A model generated the notes under the pieces. That model made no database searches. It saw nothing but the letters and a program-made list of their open reading frames with translations, and was not told where the DNA came from. From contig CAVYBH010000015.1 of the NCBI GenBank assembly GCA_963766715.1, positions 64,001-128,000 on the forward strand: a DNA stretch of 64,000 nt, given 5' to 3'. The position numbers were made by a program, and so were the translations under genes. Source of the DNA: an uncultured delta proteobacterium. Lineage in GTDB: Bacteria; Myxococcota; Myxococcia; Myxococcales; Anaeromyxobacteraceae. This document shows, piece after piece, positions 45,689 to 55,724 of the stretch; the stretch's first letter is position 1, and every line of letters begins with the position of its first letter.

Positions 45689-46804
45689 GCGCTTCCGGAT
45701 GCTCTACGCGGGCGGGGTGATCGCGGTGGCCGCCCTCGCGGCCGCCTCGCTCGTGGCGCTCGTGCTCGCGGCCATCGGCGCGAGCCCCTGGGCCACCTTC
45801 GGCGTCATCCTCACCGGACCGCTCCAGGATCTCTTCGGCGTGACCGAGATCCTGGTCCGCGCCGTGCCGCTCACCCTGGTGGCGCTGGGCGTCGCCATCT
45901 CCTTCCGGAGCGGCATCCTCAACATCGGCGCGGAGGGGCAGATCCTGGTGGGGATCCTCTGCGCCACCGGCGTGGCGCTGTGGCTTCCGCAGTGGCCCCG
46001 CGTCGGCGCTCCTGCCGCTCTGCCTCGCCGCCGGCGCCGTGGGCGGCGCGCTCTGGGGCGGGATCGCCGGCGTGCTGCGCGCGAAGCTCGACGTGAACGA
46101 GATCCTGAGCACGGTGATGCTCAACTACATCGCCGCGCAGCTCTACACCTTCATGCTCCGCGGGCCGCTCATCGATCCGGCCGAGATGATGACCGGGTCG
46201 GGCACCCCGCAATCGATGCGGCTCGCGCGTGCGGCCTGGCTCGATCGCCTGGTTCCGGGGACGAGGCTCCACACCGGGCTCGTGATCGCGCTCGTCCTGG
46301 CCGCCCTCGTCTGGGTGCTCCTCTGGCGGACCACGGCGGGCTTCCGGATGCGGGCCTCCGGCGCGGGGAGCAAGGCCGCCCGCTACGCCGGCATCCCCGT
46401 CGAGCGATCGCTCGTCGTCGCCATGCTCCTCGCCGGCGGCTTCGCCGGGCTGGCCGGCGCCATCGAGGTGCTCGGCGTGCACCACCGGGCCATCGAGAAC
46501 ATCTCCTCCGGGTACGGGTTCGCCGCGATCGTGGTGGCCCTCTTCGGCGGGCTCCACCCTGCCGGCATCGTGCCCGCCGCGGTCTTCTTCGGGCTGCTCC
46601 TCGTGGGCGCGGACATGACGCAGCGCTCGGCCGGCGTCCCGGCCAACATGGTGCTCGTGCTCCAGGGCGCCATCATCCTGGCCATCGTCTCGGCCCGGAT
46701 GTACGTCGACAATCCCGTACACCCGGCAGCGGGCCGCGCGCTTCCTCGAGCGCTTCCTGCCCGGGAGGTCCGCCGGCGGCGCGGCCGGGGAGCCCGGGCC
46801 ATGA
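45681..46804 (+). CDS. ABC transporter permease (frameshifts near 46005 and 46720)
   Basis: LNIGAEGQ, NEILSTVMLNY, AARYAG, GYGFAAIVVALFG. Confidence 0.82.
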
Positions 46805-47748
46805 CGCTCCAGCAGATGGCCTACGACATCCTCTCGCTCGGCGTCCCCTTCTCGGTGGCCCTGCTGCTCGCCGCGCTGGGCGAGATGTTCAACCAGCGCG
46901 CGGGGGTCTTCAACCTGGGGTGCGAGGGCATCATGAGCATGGGGGCCTTCGTCGGCTTCCTGCCCGCGTACCTGGCCCGCTCCGGCTCGCTGGGGCCCTG
47001 GGCCGACCTGCTCGGATTCGCGCTCGCGGCGCTGGCCGGCGTGCTCCTCGGGCTGCTCTTCGGGCTCGTGACCGTCACCTTCCGCGCCCCGCAGGGCATC
47101 GCCGGCATCGGCCTCGCCATGCTCGGCACCGGCGTCGCCGGCACGCTGTTCCGCCACTACGTCGGCGGCGTGACGGGCGTGGAGGGCGTGGCCGCGATGC
47201 CGATCCCGTGGCTCTCGCGCATCCCCTTCCTGGGCGGCGTCCTCTTCCACCACAACCCGGTGGTCTACGTCGCCTTCCTCCTGGTCCCGGCGAGCTGGTA
47301 CCTGCTCTACCGCACCTCCTGGGGGCTCCGGGTCCGGGCGGTGGGCACGCATCCCCGCGCGGCGGACACCATGGGGATCGACGTGAACCGGGTGCGCTAC
47401 CAGGCGCTCATGCTGGGCGGGGCCATGGGCGCCATGGGCGGCGCCTACCTGGCCCTGTGCCAGGCCAAGATGTTCGCCGACGACCTGGTGGCGGGGCGAG
47501 GGTTCATCGCGGTGGCGCTCGTCTACTTCGGCCGGTGGAGCCCCTGGGGCGTCGCCGGCGGCGCGCTGCTCTTCAGCCTCGCCCAGTCCCTGCAGCTCTC
47601 CCTCCAGGTCTGGGGGATCAAGTTCCCGTACGAGTTCGCCGTGATGCTCCCGTACGTCCTCGTGATCGTCGTGCTGGCGCTGGCCCGGTCCCGGACGCTC
47701 GGCCCCACGGCGCTCGGGAAGGCGTTCAACCGGGAGATGCGGATCTGA
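46801..47748 (+). CDS. ABC transporter permease
   Basis: QRAGVFNLGCEG, GRGFIAVALVYFG, LPYVL, PTALGKAF. Confidence 0.88.
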   Translation: MTLQQMAYDILSLGVPFSVALLLAALGEMFNQRAGVFNLGCEGIMSMGAFVGFLPAYLARSGSLGPWADLLGFALAALAGVLLGLLFGLVTVTFRAPQGIAGIGLAMLGTGVAGTLFRHYVGGVTGVEGVAAMPIPWLSRIPFLGGVLFHHNPVVYVAFLLVPASWYLLYRTSWGLRVRAVGTHPRAADTMGIDVNRVRYQALMLGGAMGAMGGAYLALCQAKMFADDLVAGRGFIAVALVYFGRWSPWGVAGGALLFSLAQSLQLSLQVWGIKFPYEFAVMLPYVLVIVVLALARSRTLGPTALGKAFNREMRI

Positions 47749-49408
47749 AGCCCGCCTGGAACATCGGCGCGAGCCCGACCACCAGCGCGCAGCCGATGAC
47801 GTTGTACCAGAGGTAGCCCACGTTCCCGAAGGCGGCGAGCGCCAGCACCGCGGCCTCGCCGGCGAGCGTGGCGGCGAGCGCGGCGCGCCCCTGGACGCGC
47901 GCGAGGAAGAAGCCCACCAGGAAGACGCCGAGCATGGGCCCGTAGAAGAGCGAGCCCACCACGTTCACCGCCTGGATGAGGTTGTCGAGGAGCGACGCGA
48001 ACCCCGCGAAGCCCACCGCGACCGCGCCCCACGCGGCGGTCGCGATCCGGGCCACGCGGAGCGTCTGGGCGTCGGTCGCGCCGGGGTGGCGCGGCTTGTA
48101 GAAGTCGACCACGGTGGTGGCGCCGAGCGACGAGAGCGCCGCCGAGTTCGCCGACATGGCCGCCGAGAGGATCACCGCCACGAGGAGCCCGACGAGGCCC
48201 CGGGGAAAGTGATCGAGCACGAACCGGAGGAAGATGAAGTCGGAGTCCTTCCGGTCGGCTCCGGGCAGGGTTCGCGTGGCGAGCGACCCGAACTCCTTGC
48301 GGATCGATTCCATCCGCGATTCCTGCACCCGCACCTCGGCCCTCGCCGCGGCGCTCTCGGCCGGCGCCGCCGACGGCGCGAGCATCCGATCGATGGCCAC
48401 GCGCTTCTCCGCGAAGGCAGCCCCGTAGGCGGTCTCGAGGCGCGCCACGTCGGCGCCGCTCCGCTCCCGGACCCCCTCGAGCGTGGCCCGGTCGAAGAAG
48501 AGCGGCGGCGGGCTCAGCTGGTAGAAGACGAAGACCATGACCCCGATGAAGAGGATGAAGAACTGCATCGGGACCTTCAGGAAGCCGTTCATGAGCAGGC
48601 CGAGCCGGCTCTGCGAGAGCGGCCCGCCCGCCAGGTAGCGTTGCACCTGCGACTGGTCGGTGCCGAAGTAGGCGAGCTGGACGAAGAGCCCGCCGAGCAG
48701 CCCGGACCAGAGCGTGTAGCGCGTGTCGACGCGCGCCGAGAGGTCGACGGCGTGGAGCTTGCCGAGCGCGCCGGCGAGCTCGATGCCCTGGCCCAGCGAG
48801 ACGCCGCTCGGGAAGCTCGCCACCGCGGTGACGAGCGCCGCGAGCAGCCCCACGAAGATGACCACCATCTGCGCGGACTGCGTCCGGCTCACCGCCCGGC
48901 TGCCGCCCGCCACGGTGTAGGCGATGGTGATGCCGCCGAGCAGGAGGTTCGTCCAGCCCGCCGGCCAGCCCAGCACCGCAGAGAGCACCAGCGCCGGCGC
49001 GTAGATGGCGAGCCCGGAGGCGAGGCCGCGCGAGACCAGGAAGAGCAGCGCCACGAACTGGCGCGTCCGGCGATCGAAGCGCCTCTCGAGGTACTCGTAG
49101 GCCGTGTAGACGTTCAGGCGGTGGTAGATGGGCAGGAAGACCACCGACAGGATCACCATCGCGACGGGCAGCCCGAAGTAGAACTGCACGAAGCCCACGC
49201 CGTCCACGTAGGCCTGGCCGGGAACCGACAGGAAGGTGATGGCGCTCGCCTGGGTGGCGATCACCGAGAGCCCGATGGTCCACCAGCGCAGGTCGGCCCC
49301 GGCGCGCAGGTAGGCGTCGGTGGTGTGGACGCGGCGGCTCCTCCAGGAGCCGTAGGCCACGATCCCGGCGAGGGTGAGGGCGAGCACCGCCCAGTCGAGG
49401 CCGCTCAC
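47726..49408 (-). CDS. Sodium:solute symporter
   Basis: LDWAVL, ATQASAITFLSVPG, AYEYLERRF, YFGTDQSQVQRYL, ILSAAMS. Confidence 0.92.
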   Translation of the reverse strand: MSGLDWAVLALTLAGIVAYGSWRSRRVHTTDAYLRAGADLRWWTIGLSVIATQASAITFLSVPGQAYVDGVGFVQFYFGLPVAMVILSVVFLPIYHRLNVYTAYEYLERRFDRRTRQFVALLFLVSRGLASGLAIYAPALVLSAVLGWPAGWTNLLLGGITIAYTVAGGSRAVSRTQSAQMVVIFVGLLAALVTAVASFPSGVSLGQGIELAGALGKLHAVDLSARVDTRYTLWSGLLGGLFVQLAYFGTDQSQVQRYLAGGPLSQSRLGLLMNGFLKVPMQFFILFIGVMVFVFYQLSPPPLFFDRATLEGVRERSGADVARLETAYGAAFAEKRVAIDRMLAPSAAPAESAAARAEVRVQESRMESIRKEFGSLATRTLPGADRKDSDFIFLRFVLDHFPRGLVGLLVAVILSAAMSANSAALSSLGATTVVDFYKPRHPGATDAQTLRVARIATAAWGAVAVGFAGFASLLDNLIQAVNVVGSLFYGPMLGVFLVGFFLARVQGRAALAATLAGEAAVLALAAFGNVGYLWYNVIGCALVVGLAPMFQAGFRSASPG

Positions 49409-49503
49409 GGGAACGCCCTCGAGAGCAGCCACAGGAGCGCGATCTCCACGGCGAGCGCCGCGAGCACCAGCGCGTACAGGCGCCCCCAGGACCTAGCGGG
49501 CAT
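49405..49503 (-). CDS. 32-aa single-TM microprotein
   Basis: Manual translation MPARSWGRLYALVLAALAVEIALLWLLSRAFP*; overlaps the upstream stop and the symporter start (GTGA). Confidence 0.7.
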   Translation of the reverse strand: MPARSWGRLYALVLAALAVEIALLWLLSRAFP

Positions 49504-51964
49504 GGTCGAGGAGGTTCGCGAAGAGCCGGAAGGCGCCCGGGACGCCGGCGGGGAGCTGCCGGAAGAAGGAGAGCCCCGTGTAGACGAAGACCCCCTTCCC
49601 GTAGGCGCCGACGAGGAGCGCGCCCTTCTGGGGCTTCTCGCCCGGGTCGTGCATCGACAGCGGCGCCGCGTAGCGATCGTCCCAGGTCTCGGCGAAGTAG
49701 AGCCCGCGCTCCTGGACCCAGCCCGCCCAGTCGGCGGCCTCGATCCGGTTGGGCGTCGAGAGCACCGGGCTCGGCGTGGCCGTCACGGCGGCGTCCTCGT
49801 CGGTGACCCGGCCGCGACCGATGGTGAACGGGTAGGGCCCGATGTCGGGCGGCGCGTTCGAGATCCAGTTGTGGGTCAGGTACTGGACGACCACCGTCCC
49901 GCCGCGCTTCACGTAGGCCATGAGCGGGTCGTGCAGGCCCGCCAGCTGCGGCGTCACGTTGAAGGCCCGGATCCCGAAGACGATGGCGTCGAAGCGGTCG
50001 AGGGGCCGGTCGCGAAGCTCCTGGGGCGTGAGCAGCGTGACCGCGTAGCCCGCCTGGCGGAGCGCGTCCGGCACCTCGTCGCCCGGGCCGGGCACGTAGC
50101 CGATCTCGTGGCGCGCGTGGAGCACGTCGACGCGGGTGAGCCTCACCTCGGCGAGCGGCAGCCAGGTCTGGATGGGGATGTGCGCGTGGTCCACGCGTCG
50201 GACGCCGCGGTCGAAGCGCTCCCCGTCCACGGTGGCGACCGCGAGCAGCCGCCCGGTCGCGGCCGTCCTCGGCGGGGTGACCCGGAAGGTCACCTCCGTC
50301 TCGCCCCCCGCGGCGAGCTGGAACGGGAGGCTGGCCGGGGTGAAGGTGAAGCCCTCGGGAACCTCGAGGGTCACGGTCCCGGTCGCGCCGGAGACGCTCC
50401 GGAGCGTCACCGAGAACGGGCGCGGAGCGGCCTCGGGGAAGAGCAGGAGCTCGCCCCGCGGATCGAGCGTGACGCGCGGAAGGACCTCCACCCGCCGGTA
50501 GCGTTCCCCCTGGACCGGGTCCACCCACTTGAAGACGACCGGGCGGCGGACCCGGAGGGTCTCTCCGCCGATGGAGAGGACGAACTCCGCCTCGAGCGGG
50601 GCCGGCTCCTCCGGGATGCCGGCGAGCGCCGGGTCGGCCACCGGGTAGAGCCCCGGCGTGGCCGCCACCTCGAGCCAGGCCGGGTTCGAATAGCGGGCGT
50701 CCCGGGGAACCTGGATGGCCTCCTTCTGCTCGAACGGCACGTTCGACTGGAGCTTGCGCCCCGGCGAGAGGTCCTTCCCCGGAAGCCTGACCTCGACGAG
50801 GTCGATCGCCACCGGCCGCCGCGCCAGCGCGGTGACGGTGACGGGCAAGGACGCGCCTCGGGAGGTGGCCGGCGCCCCGGCCGCGACCTCGGTGAAGATC
50901 CCGGCGCAGGCCAGGATGGCCGCCTCGATCTCCGCCAGCTTCTGCGCCTTCCACGGATTCCCGGGAAGCCGCGCCAGCTCGGCCCGCGCCGCGAGCAGCC
51001 CCGGGATCGCCGCCTCGGGCGTGGCGGCACGGAAGGCGGCGCGCGCCCGGGTGAGCTCGGCGACCAGCCGGGCCGTGCCCGGGACCCGCGTCCAGTCGAG
51101 GGTCAGTCCATCGAACGGCGACGCCTGCATGGGCTCGCCGGCGATCGGCTTGAAGAACTCGAGCACGGGTCCGCGGCGACGAGCGGCCCCGAAGCCCTGG
51201 CTCTTGTGGTTGCTGCGGCTGTCGGCGGCGAGCTCGCCGTAGGAGAGCCCGAGCCACGGGTCGTATCCGCCCACGTCGACGCGGGGGAAGGCGGAGAGCT
51301 CGCTCTCCGTGGCGCCCCAGCCCGCGGTCTGGTTCCAGACCACCCGCCTCGCCTTCCAGGCTCCGAGTCGCCGGTGCTCGGCATCGGGCATGTAGGCGGG
51401 GTCGGCGGCGAGCGCGAAGGCGTCGGCCGCGAGCTTCGCCGATGCGATGTGGTGACCGTGGGTGTCGAGCCCGTCGAGCGGGAAGCGGGTGATGACCACG
51501 TCGGGGCGCAGGCGCCGGATGGCGAGGACCACGTCGGCCAGCACCGCGTCCCGGCCCCAGATGGCGAGCGACTCCTCGGCGCTCTTCGAGTAGCCGAAGT
51601 CGCGAGCGCGGGTGAAGAGCTGCTCGGCGCCGTCCTGGGCGCGGGCCGCCAGCAGCTCCTGGGTGCGGATGAGCCCGAGGCCTGGACCGAGGTCGGGGCC
51701 GATGAGGTTCTGTCCGCCGTCCCCGCGGGTGATCGACAGGTAGCCCGCTCCGAGCAGCTTCCCGTTCGCCAGGTAGGCGAGGAGCCGCGTGTTCTCGTCG
51801 TCGGGGTGGGCCGCCACGAAGAGCACGTTGCCCACCACGAGGAGCCGATCGAGCTGCCGCTCGAGCCGCGCGGCGTCCGGCTGGGGGGGGCGCAAGGGCG
51901 GCGCCGCGACGGCTGTGGAGGCGAGCAGGAGGGCGGCCATGGCGGCAGGAGGGGTTCGGGGCAT
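49493..51964 (-). CDS. Secreted PIG-L/LmbE-family deacetylase/amidase with C-terminal Ig-like and GATase-like domains
   Basis: Signal peptide; AAHPDDEN, TRGDGGQN, ARDFGYSK, HGHH, RSNHKSQG; C-terminal WVQERGLYF, FFRQLPAGVPGA. Confidence 0.88.
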   Translation of the reverse strand: MPRTPPAAMAALLLASTAVAAPPLRPPQPDAARLERQLDRLLVVGNVLFVAAHPDDENTRLLAYLANGKLLGAGYLSITRGDGGQNLIGPDLGPGLGLIRTQELLAARAQDGAEQLFTRARDFGYSKSAEESLAIWGRDAVLADVVLAIRRLRPDVVITRFPLDGLDTHGHHIASAKLAADAFALAADPAYMPDAEHRRLGAWKARRVVWNQTAGWGATESELSAFPRVDVGGYDPWLGLSYGELAADSRSNHKSQGFGAARRRGPVLEFFKPIAGEPMQASPFDGLTLDWTRVPGTARLVAELTRARAAFRAATPEAAIPGLLAARAELARLPGNPWKAQKLAEIEAAILACAGIFTEVAAGAPATSRGASLPVTVTALARRPVAIDLVEVRLPGKDLSPGRKLQSNVPFEQKEAIQVPRDARYSNPAWLEVAATPGLYPVADPALAGIPEEPAPLEAEFVLSIGGETLRVRRPVVFKWVDPVQGERYRRVEVLPRVTLDPRGELLLFPEAAPRPFSVTLRSVSGATGTVTLEVPEGFTFTPASLPFQLAAGGETEVTFRVTPPRTAATGRLLAVATVDGERFDRGVRRVDHAHIPIQTWLPLAEVRLTRVDVLHARHEIGYVPGPGDEVPDALRQAGYAVTLLTPQELRDRPLDRFDAIVFGIRAFNVTPQLAGLHDPLMAYVKRGGTVVVQYLTHNWISNAPPDIGPYPFTIGRGRVTDEDAAVTATPSPVLSTPNRIEAADWAGWVQERGLYFAETWDDRYAAPLSMHDPGEKPQKGALLVGAYGKGVFVYTGLSFFRQLPAGVPGAFRLFANLLDHAR

Positions 51965-52007
51965 TTGGTGGGAAGCACGCGGCCTTGCGGTTAGCTTCCT
52001 TGTCTAA

Positions 52008-53611
52008 ATGAACATGGACTTCTTTGCCTCGTTCATCGACGGGGCAAGCGCCGCCACGGACTTGCTGCCCGCGAGGCCTCTCGACGAGGCGGCCTGGGCG
52101 GCGGCCGCCCGGCGAGCCAGCGGCCGGGGCCTGGCCCCCGGGCTGCTCGCCGAGATCCGGCGGCAATCCGCCGCGCTTCCCCCCTCGCCCGCCCGGGAAC
52201 GCAGCCTGGAATCGCTCTCCCGGCCGGACGCCACGGTCGTCGTGACCGGCCAGCAGGTGGGGCTCTTCCTCGGGCCGCTCTACACCCTGCACAAGGCGGC
52301 GACGGTGGTGGCCCGCGCCCGGATGGTCGAGCGGCTCACCGGCCTGCCCTGCGTCCCGGTGTTCTGGCTCCAGACCGAGGACCACGACTGGGCCGAGATC
52401 GCGACCGCCGAGGTCCTCGTCCCGGCAGGTCGCCAGGTGCTGGCGCTCCCGCCGGAGTCCCCGCAGGCGGCGCGCCTCTCCCTCTCCCACCGCACCCTGC
52501 CCGCGGAGGTGGAAGGACTCGTCTCGAGGCTGACGGAGCTCCTCGAGCCCCTGCCCTTCGCGGCCGAGGTGACGGGGCTCCTCGGGCGCCACTACCGCGC
52601 CGGCGCCGCGCCTGGCGCCGCCTTCGCCGGGGTCCTGGCCGAGCTCTTCTCCCGCGAGGGGCTCGTCGTCCTCGATCCCCGGACGCCCGCGATCTCCCGC
52701 CTGGCGGCGCCCGTGCTGCGGCGAGCCGTCGTCGAGCACGCCGAGATCGGGGCGCTCCTCGGCGCCCGGGCGGCCGAGCTCGCCGCGCGGCACTTCGCCG
52801 AGCAGGTGCATACCCGCGGCGAGACCTCGCTCGCCTTCTTCCATCCGCGCGGGCCGGGCGGTCCGCGCTACCGGCTGGTGGGCGACGGGGCGGGGTATTC
52901 CACCCCGGAGGGGCCGGTCTCGCGCGCCGCCCTGCTCGGGCAACTCGAGCAGGACCCGCTCTGGTTCAGCACCTCCGCGCTCCTGCGGCCGCTCGTGCAG
53001 GACACGCTCCTCCCCACGGCCGCCTACGTCGGCGGCCCGGCCGAGTGCACCTACTTCGCCCAGCTCCCGCCCCTCTACGCGCGCTTCGGTCTCGAGCTGC
53101 CCATGATCGCGCCGCGCGCCCGGCTGCGGCTGGTCGTTCCGAAGGCGCGCCGCGAGCTCGAGCGGCTCGGGCTGCGGACCGCCGACACCGACCGGCCGCG
53201 CGACGTGCTGCTCCAGGAGCTCGTCGCCCGCCCGCCCGACCTGCCTCCCGGGGACGCGCTGCGCGAGCGTCTGCTCGGCTCGCTCGAGCGCGAGCTCTCG
53301 GCCCTCTCTCCGGCGCTCGCCGCCCTCGACCCCCTGCTCGAGCGGAACGTCGCGGCGGACCGCGGGACCACGCCACCTTCGCGGTGGGCCGGCTCGTCGC
53401 CGGGGTGGAGCGGGCGCTCGCCAGGAAGGACGAGGTGACCGTGAAGCGGCTCGATCGGCTGCTCGAGGCGCTCCGCCCGTCCGGCAAGCCGCAGGAGCGG
53501 GTCTACGCCTTCCCGGCGCTCGCGGCGCGCGCCGGCTGCCGCGTGCTCGTCGACGCCATCGTCGCCGCGGCCGAGCCCCTCTCCCCCGCGGTGAGGGACG
53601 TGAACCTGTGA
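52008..53611 (+). CDS. bshC: Bacillithiol biosynthesis cysteine-adding enzyme BshC (frameshift near 53360)
   Basis: VVTGQQVGLFLGPLYTLHKA, PVFWLQTEDHDWAE, LRPLVQDTLLP, YVGGPAE..YFAQ, KPQERV. Confidence 0.92.
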
Positions 53612-54781
53612 AGGCGCTGCGCATCGGCATCGCCTGCTTCCCGACGGTGGGCGGCAGCGGCGTGGTCGCCTCCGAGCTCGCCACCCACCTCGGTCGGCGC
53701 GGCCACCAGGTCCACGTCTTCTCCTCGAAGGTCCCGTTCCGCCTGGCCCGGGGGGAGCCGCGCGTCGAGGTGCACGTCGTCGATCCGCAGCGGCGCCCGC
53801 CCCTGGAGAACGACGCGTACTCGCACGCGCTCGCGGGCGCCATGGCGGAGGTGGCGGTCACGGGCGGGCTCGACGTCCTGCACGTGCACTACGCCCTGCC
53901 CCACGCGCCCAGCGCGCTGGCCGCGCGCCAGATCGTCCAGGCCGGCGGGCGGAGGGCCCCGCGGCTCGTCACCACCCTCCACGGCACCGACGTGACGAAC
54001 GTCGGGGAGGACCCGGCGCTGCGGATGGTCACCCGCCACGCCGTGCTGTCGAGCGACGTCGTGACCACGCCCTCCGCCTGGCTGCGGGAGGCGGCCCTCG
54101 GGAACCTCGAGCTTCCTGCCGGCACGCGGATCGAGGTGGTCCCGAACTTCGTCGACCTGGAGGCCTTCCACCCCTCGCCGGACCGCCCGGACCTGCGCGC
54201 GCTGTTCCCGCGGGAGCGATGGGACGGCGCGGAGCGTCCCGGCGTCCTGCTGCACGCCTCGAACTTCCGGAAGCTGAAGCGGGTCGGCGACGCGGTGACC
54301 GCCCTCGCGGAGTTGGTCCGGACCCGTCCCGCGGTGCTCGTGCTGGTCGGGCGACGGCCCCGAGCGGGCGAGCGTCGAGGAGCTGGCCGCGTCCCTCGGG
54401 CTCTCCGGCCGCGTCGCCTTCCTGGGGGAGCGCCCCGATCTCGGGCCGCTCTTCTCCCAGGCCGACCTCTTCCTGCTCCCCAGCGATCAGGAGAGCTTCG
54501 GGCTCGCTGCGCTCGAGGCGCTCGCGTCGGGCGTTCCCGTGGTGGCGAGCCGCGTGGGTGGGCTCCCCGAGGTCGTGGTCGACGGCACGACCGGCCTGCT
54601 GGTCCCGCCCCACGCGCCCCACGCCCTCGCGGCCGCCGTCCTGGAGCTCCTGGGCGACGAGCCGCGCCGGACGGCCATGGGGCGGGCGGCGCGCGAGGAC
54701 GCGGCCACCCGCTTCCGGCCGGAGCCGGTGGTGGATCGCTACGAGGCGATCTACCGCGAGGCCGCCGAGCGCTGGGACTGA
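53608..54781 (+). CDS. bshA: N-acetyl-alpha-D-glucosaminyl L-malate synthase BshA (frameshift near 54355)
   Basis: IGIACFPTVGGSGVVASEL, LHVHYALPHA, TTLHGTDVT, HASNFRKLKR, ESFGLAALEA. Confidence 0.92.
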
Positions 54782-54782
54782 G

Positions 54783-55634
54783 CTACTTCTTCCAGTCGGC
54801 GATGGCCTTCGCGATGTCGTCGGCGAGCGGGAAGCTCTGCGACTTCTTCCCGAGCTCCTGGCTGCGCTCGGCCACCTTCACGGCCTCCGCCTTCTTGCCC
54901 GAGGCGGCGAGCAGCTGCGCCTTCACCCACAGGTTGTACCACTCCTCCTTCAGGCCGATGGACCGGTCGACGAGCTGCATCGCGAGCGCCGGCTCGGTCT
55001 TCGACTCGAGCAGGTAGCGGGCCGCGTTCGCGTAGGGGCGCCAGTCGTCGGACTTCAGGGACTGGATGGCGGAGAGCACGGCCGCGCGGGTGGCGACCTC
55101 GAACTTCACTCCCACGCGGAGCGTGTCCCACTCGAGCGCGAGCGTGCCGCCGTCGTCGTTGAAGTCGAGGATCTCGAACGCCAGGTGCTCGCGCGCCGGG
55201 ATGGCCGTCGCCGTGGCCGGGACGCGCAGGAGGTCGTTCTCCGGCTTGTAGTCGTAGGCGCCCCAGAGCTTCGTGTCCTTGTTGAGGATGAAGGTCCAGC
55301 CGGCCTTGGTGGGCAGCAGGAAGAGGCAGTAGGTGCCCGCCGGGACGGCCTTCCCGCCGATGGTGGCCGCGGTCGAGAGCGTGAGCTTCGAGCACTCGTT
55401 GGCGCCGGCCCGCCACACCTCGTCGAAGGGAACGACGTCGCCCCAGATCTTCCGCCCCTTCACGGCCGGGCTCGAGTAGGTGACGGTGACGTCGGTGAGC
55501 CCGACCGTCTGCTTCACCGTCGCGTTCGGGCTGGGCTTCGGGAGCACGAGCTTGGGCGGCTCCTGGGCCGCCGTGCTTCCGCAGACGAGGGCTCCGGCGA
55601 GGGCGACGAGGGCGAGGCGGGAAGGAGCGTTCAT
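54783..55634 (-). CDS. DUF2911 domain protein with C-terminal TPR-like region
   Basis: Signal peptide; PSPNATVKQTVG, YSSPAVKGR, VWRAGANE, AGTYCLF, WGAYDY. Confidence 0.88.
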   Translation of the reverse strand: MNAPSRLALVALAGALVCGSTAAQEPPKLVLPKPSPNATVKQTVGLTDVTVTYSSPAVKGRKIWGDVVPFDEVWRAGANECSKLTLSTAATIGGKAVPAGTYCLFLLPTKAGWTFILNKDTKLWGAYDYKPENDLLRVPATATAIPAREHLAFEILDFNDDGGTLALEWDTLRVGVKFEVATRAAVLSAIQSLKSDDWRPYANAARYLLESKTEPALAMQLVDRSIGLKEEWYNLWVKAQLLAASGKKAEAVKVAERSQELGKKSQSFPLADDIAKAIADWKK

Positions 55635-55724
55635 TCGTTCTCCGGGGTTGGGGTCGGCTGGCGCGGCGCAGACATAAGCGGCTCGCGGACCGACTTCAGT
55701 CCTTCCCGCCTCGAGGCCTGGCGG

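Noticed and set aside
46039..47748. Apparent fusion of two ABC permeases (and likewise 37879-40299, and xdhA-xdhB in 29230-32880)
   Set aside because: Explained by frameshift errors near normal ATGA/GTGA overlaps
47523..53861. 2112-aa minus-strand ORF and other very long Arg/Gly/Pro-rich ORFs
   Set aside because: These are stop-poor alternative frames typical of very high GC DNA, and they overlap well-supported genes
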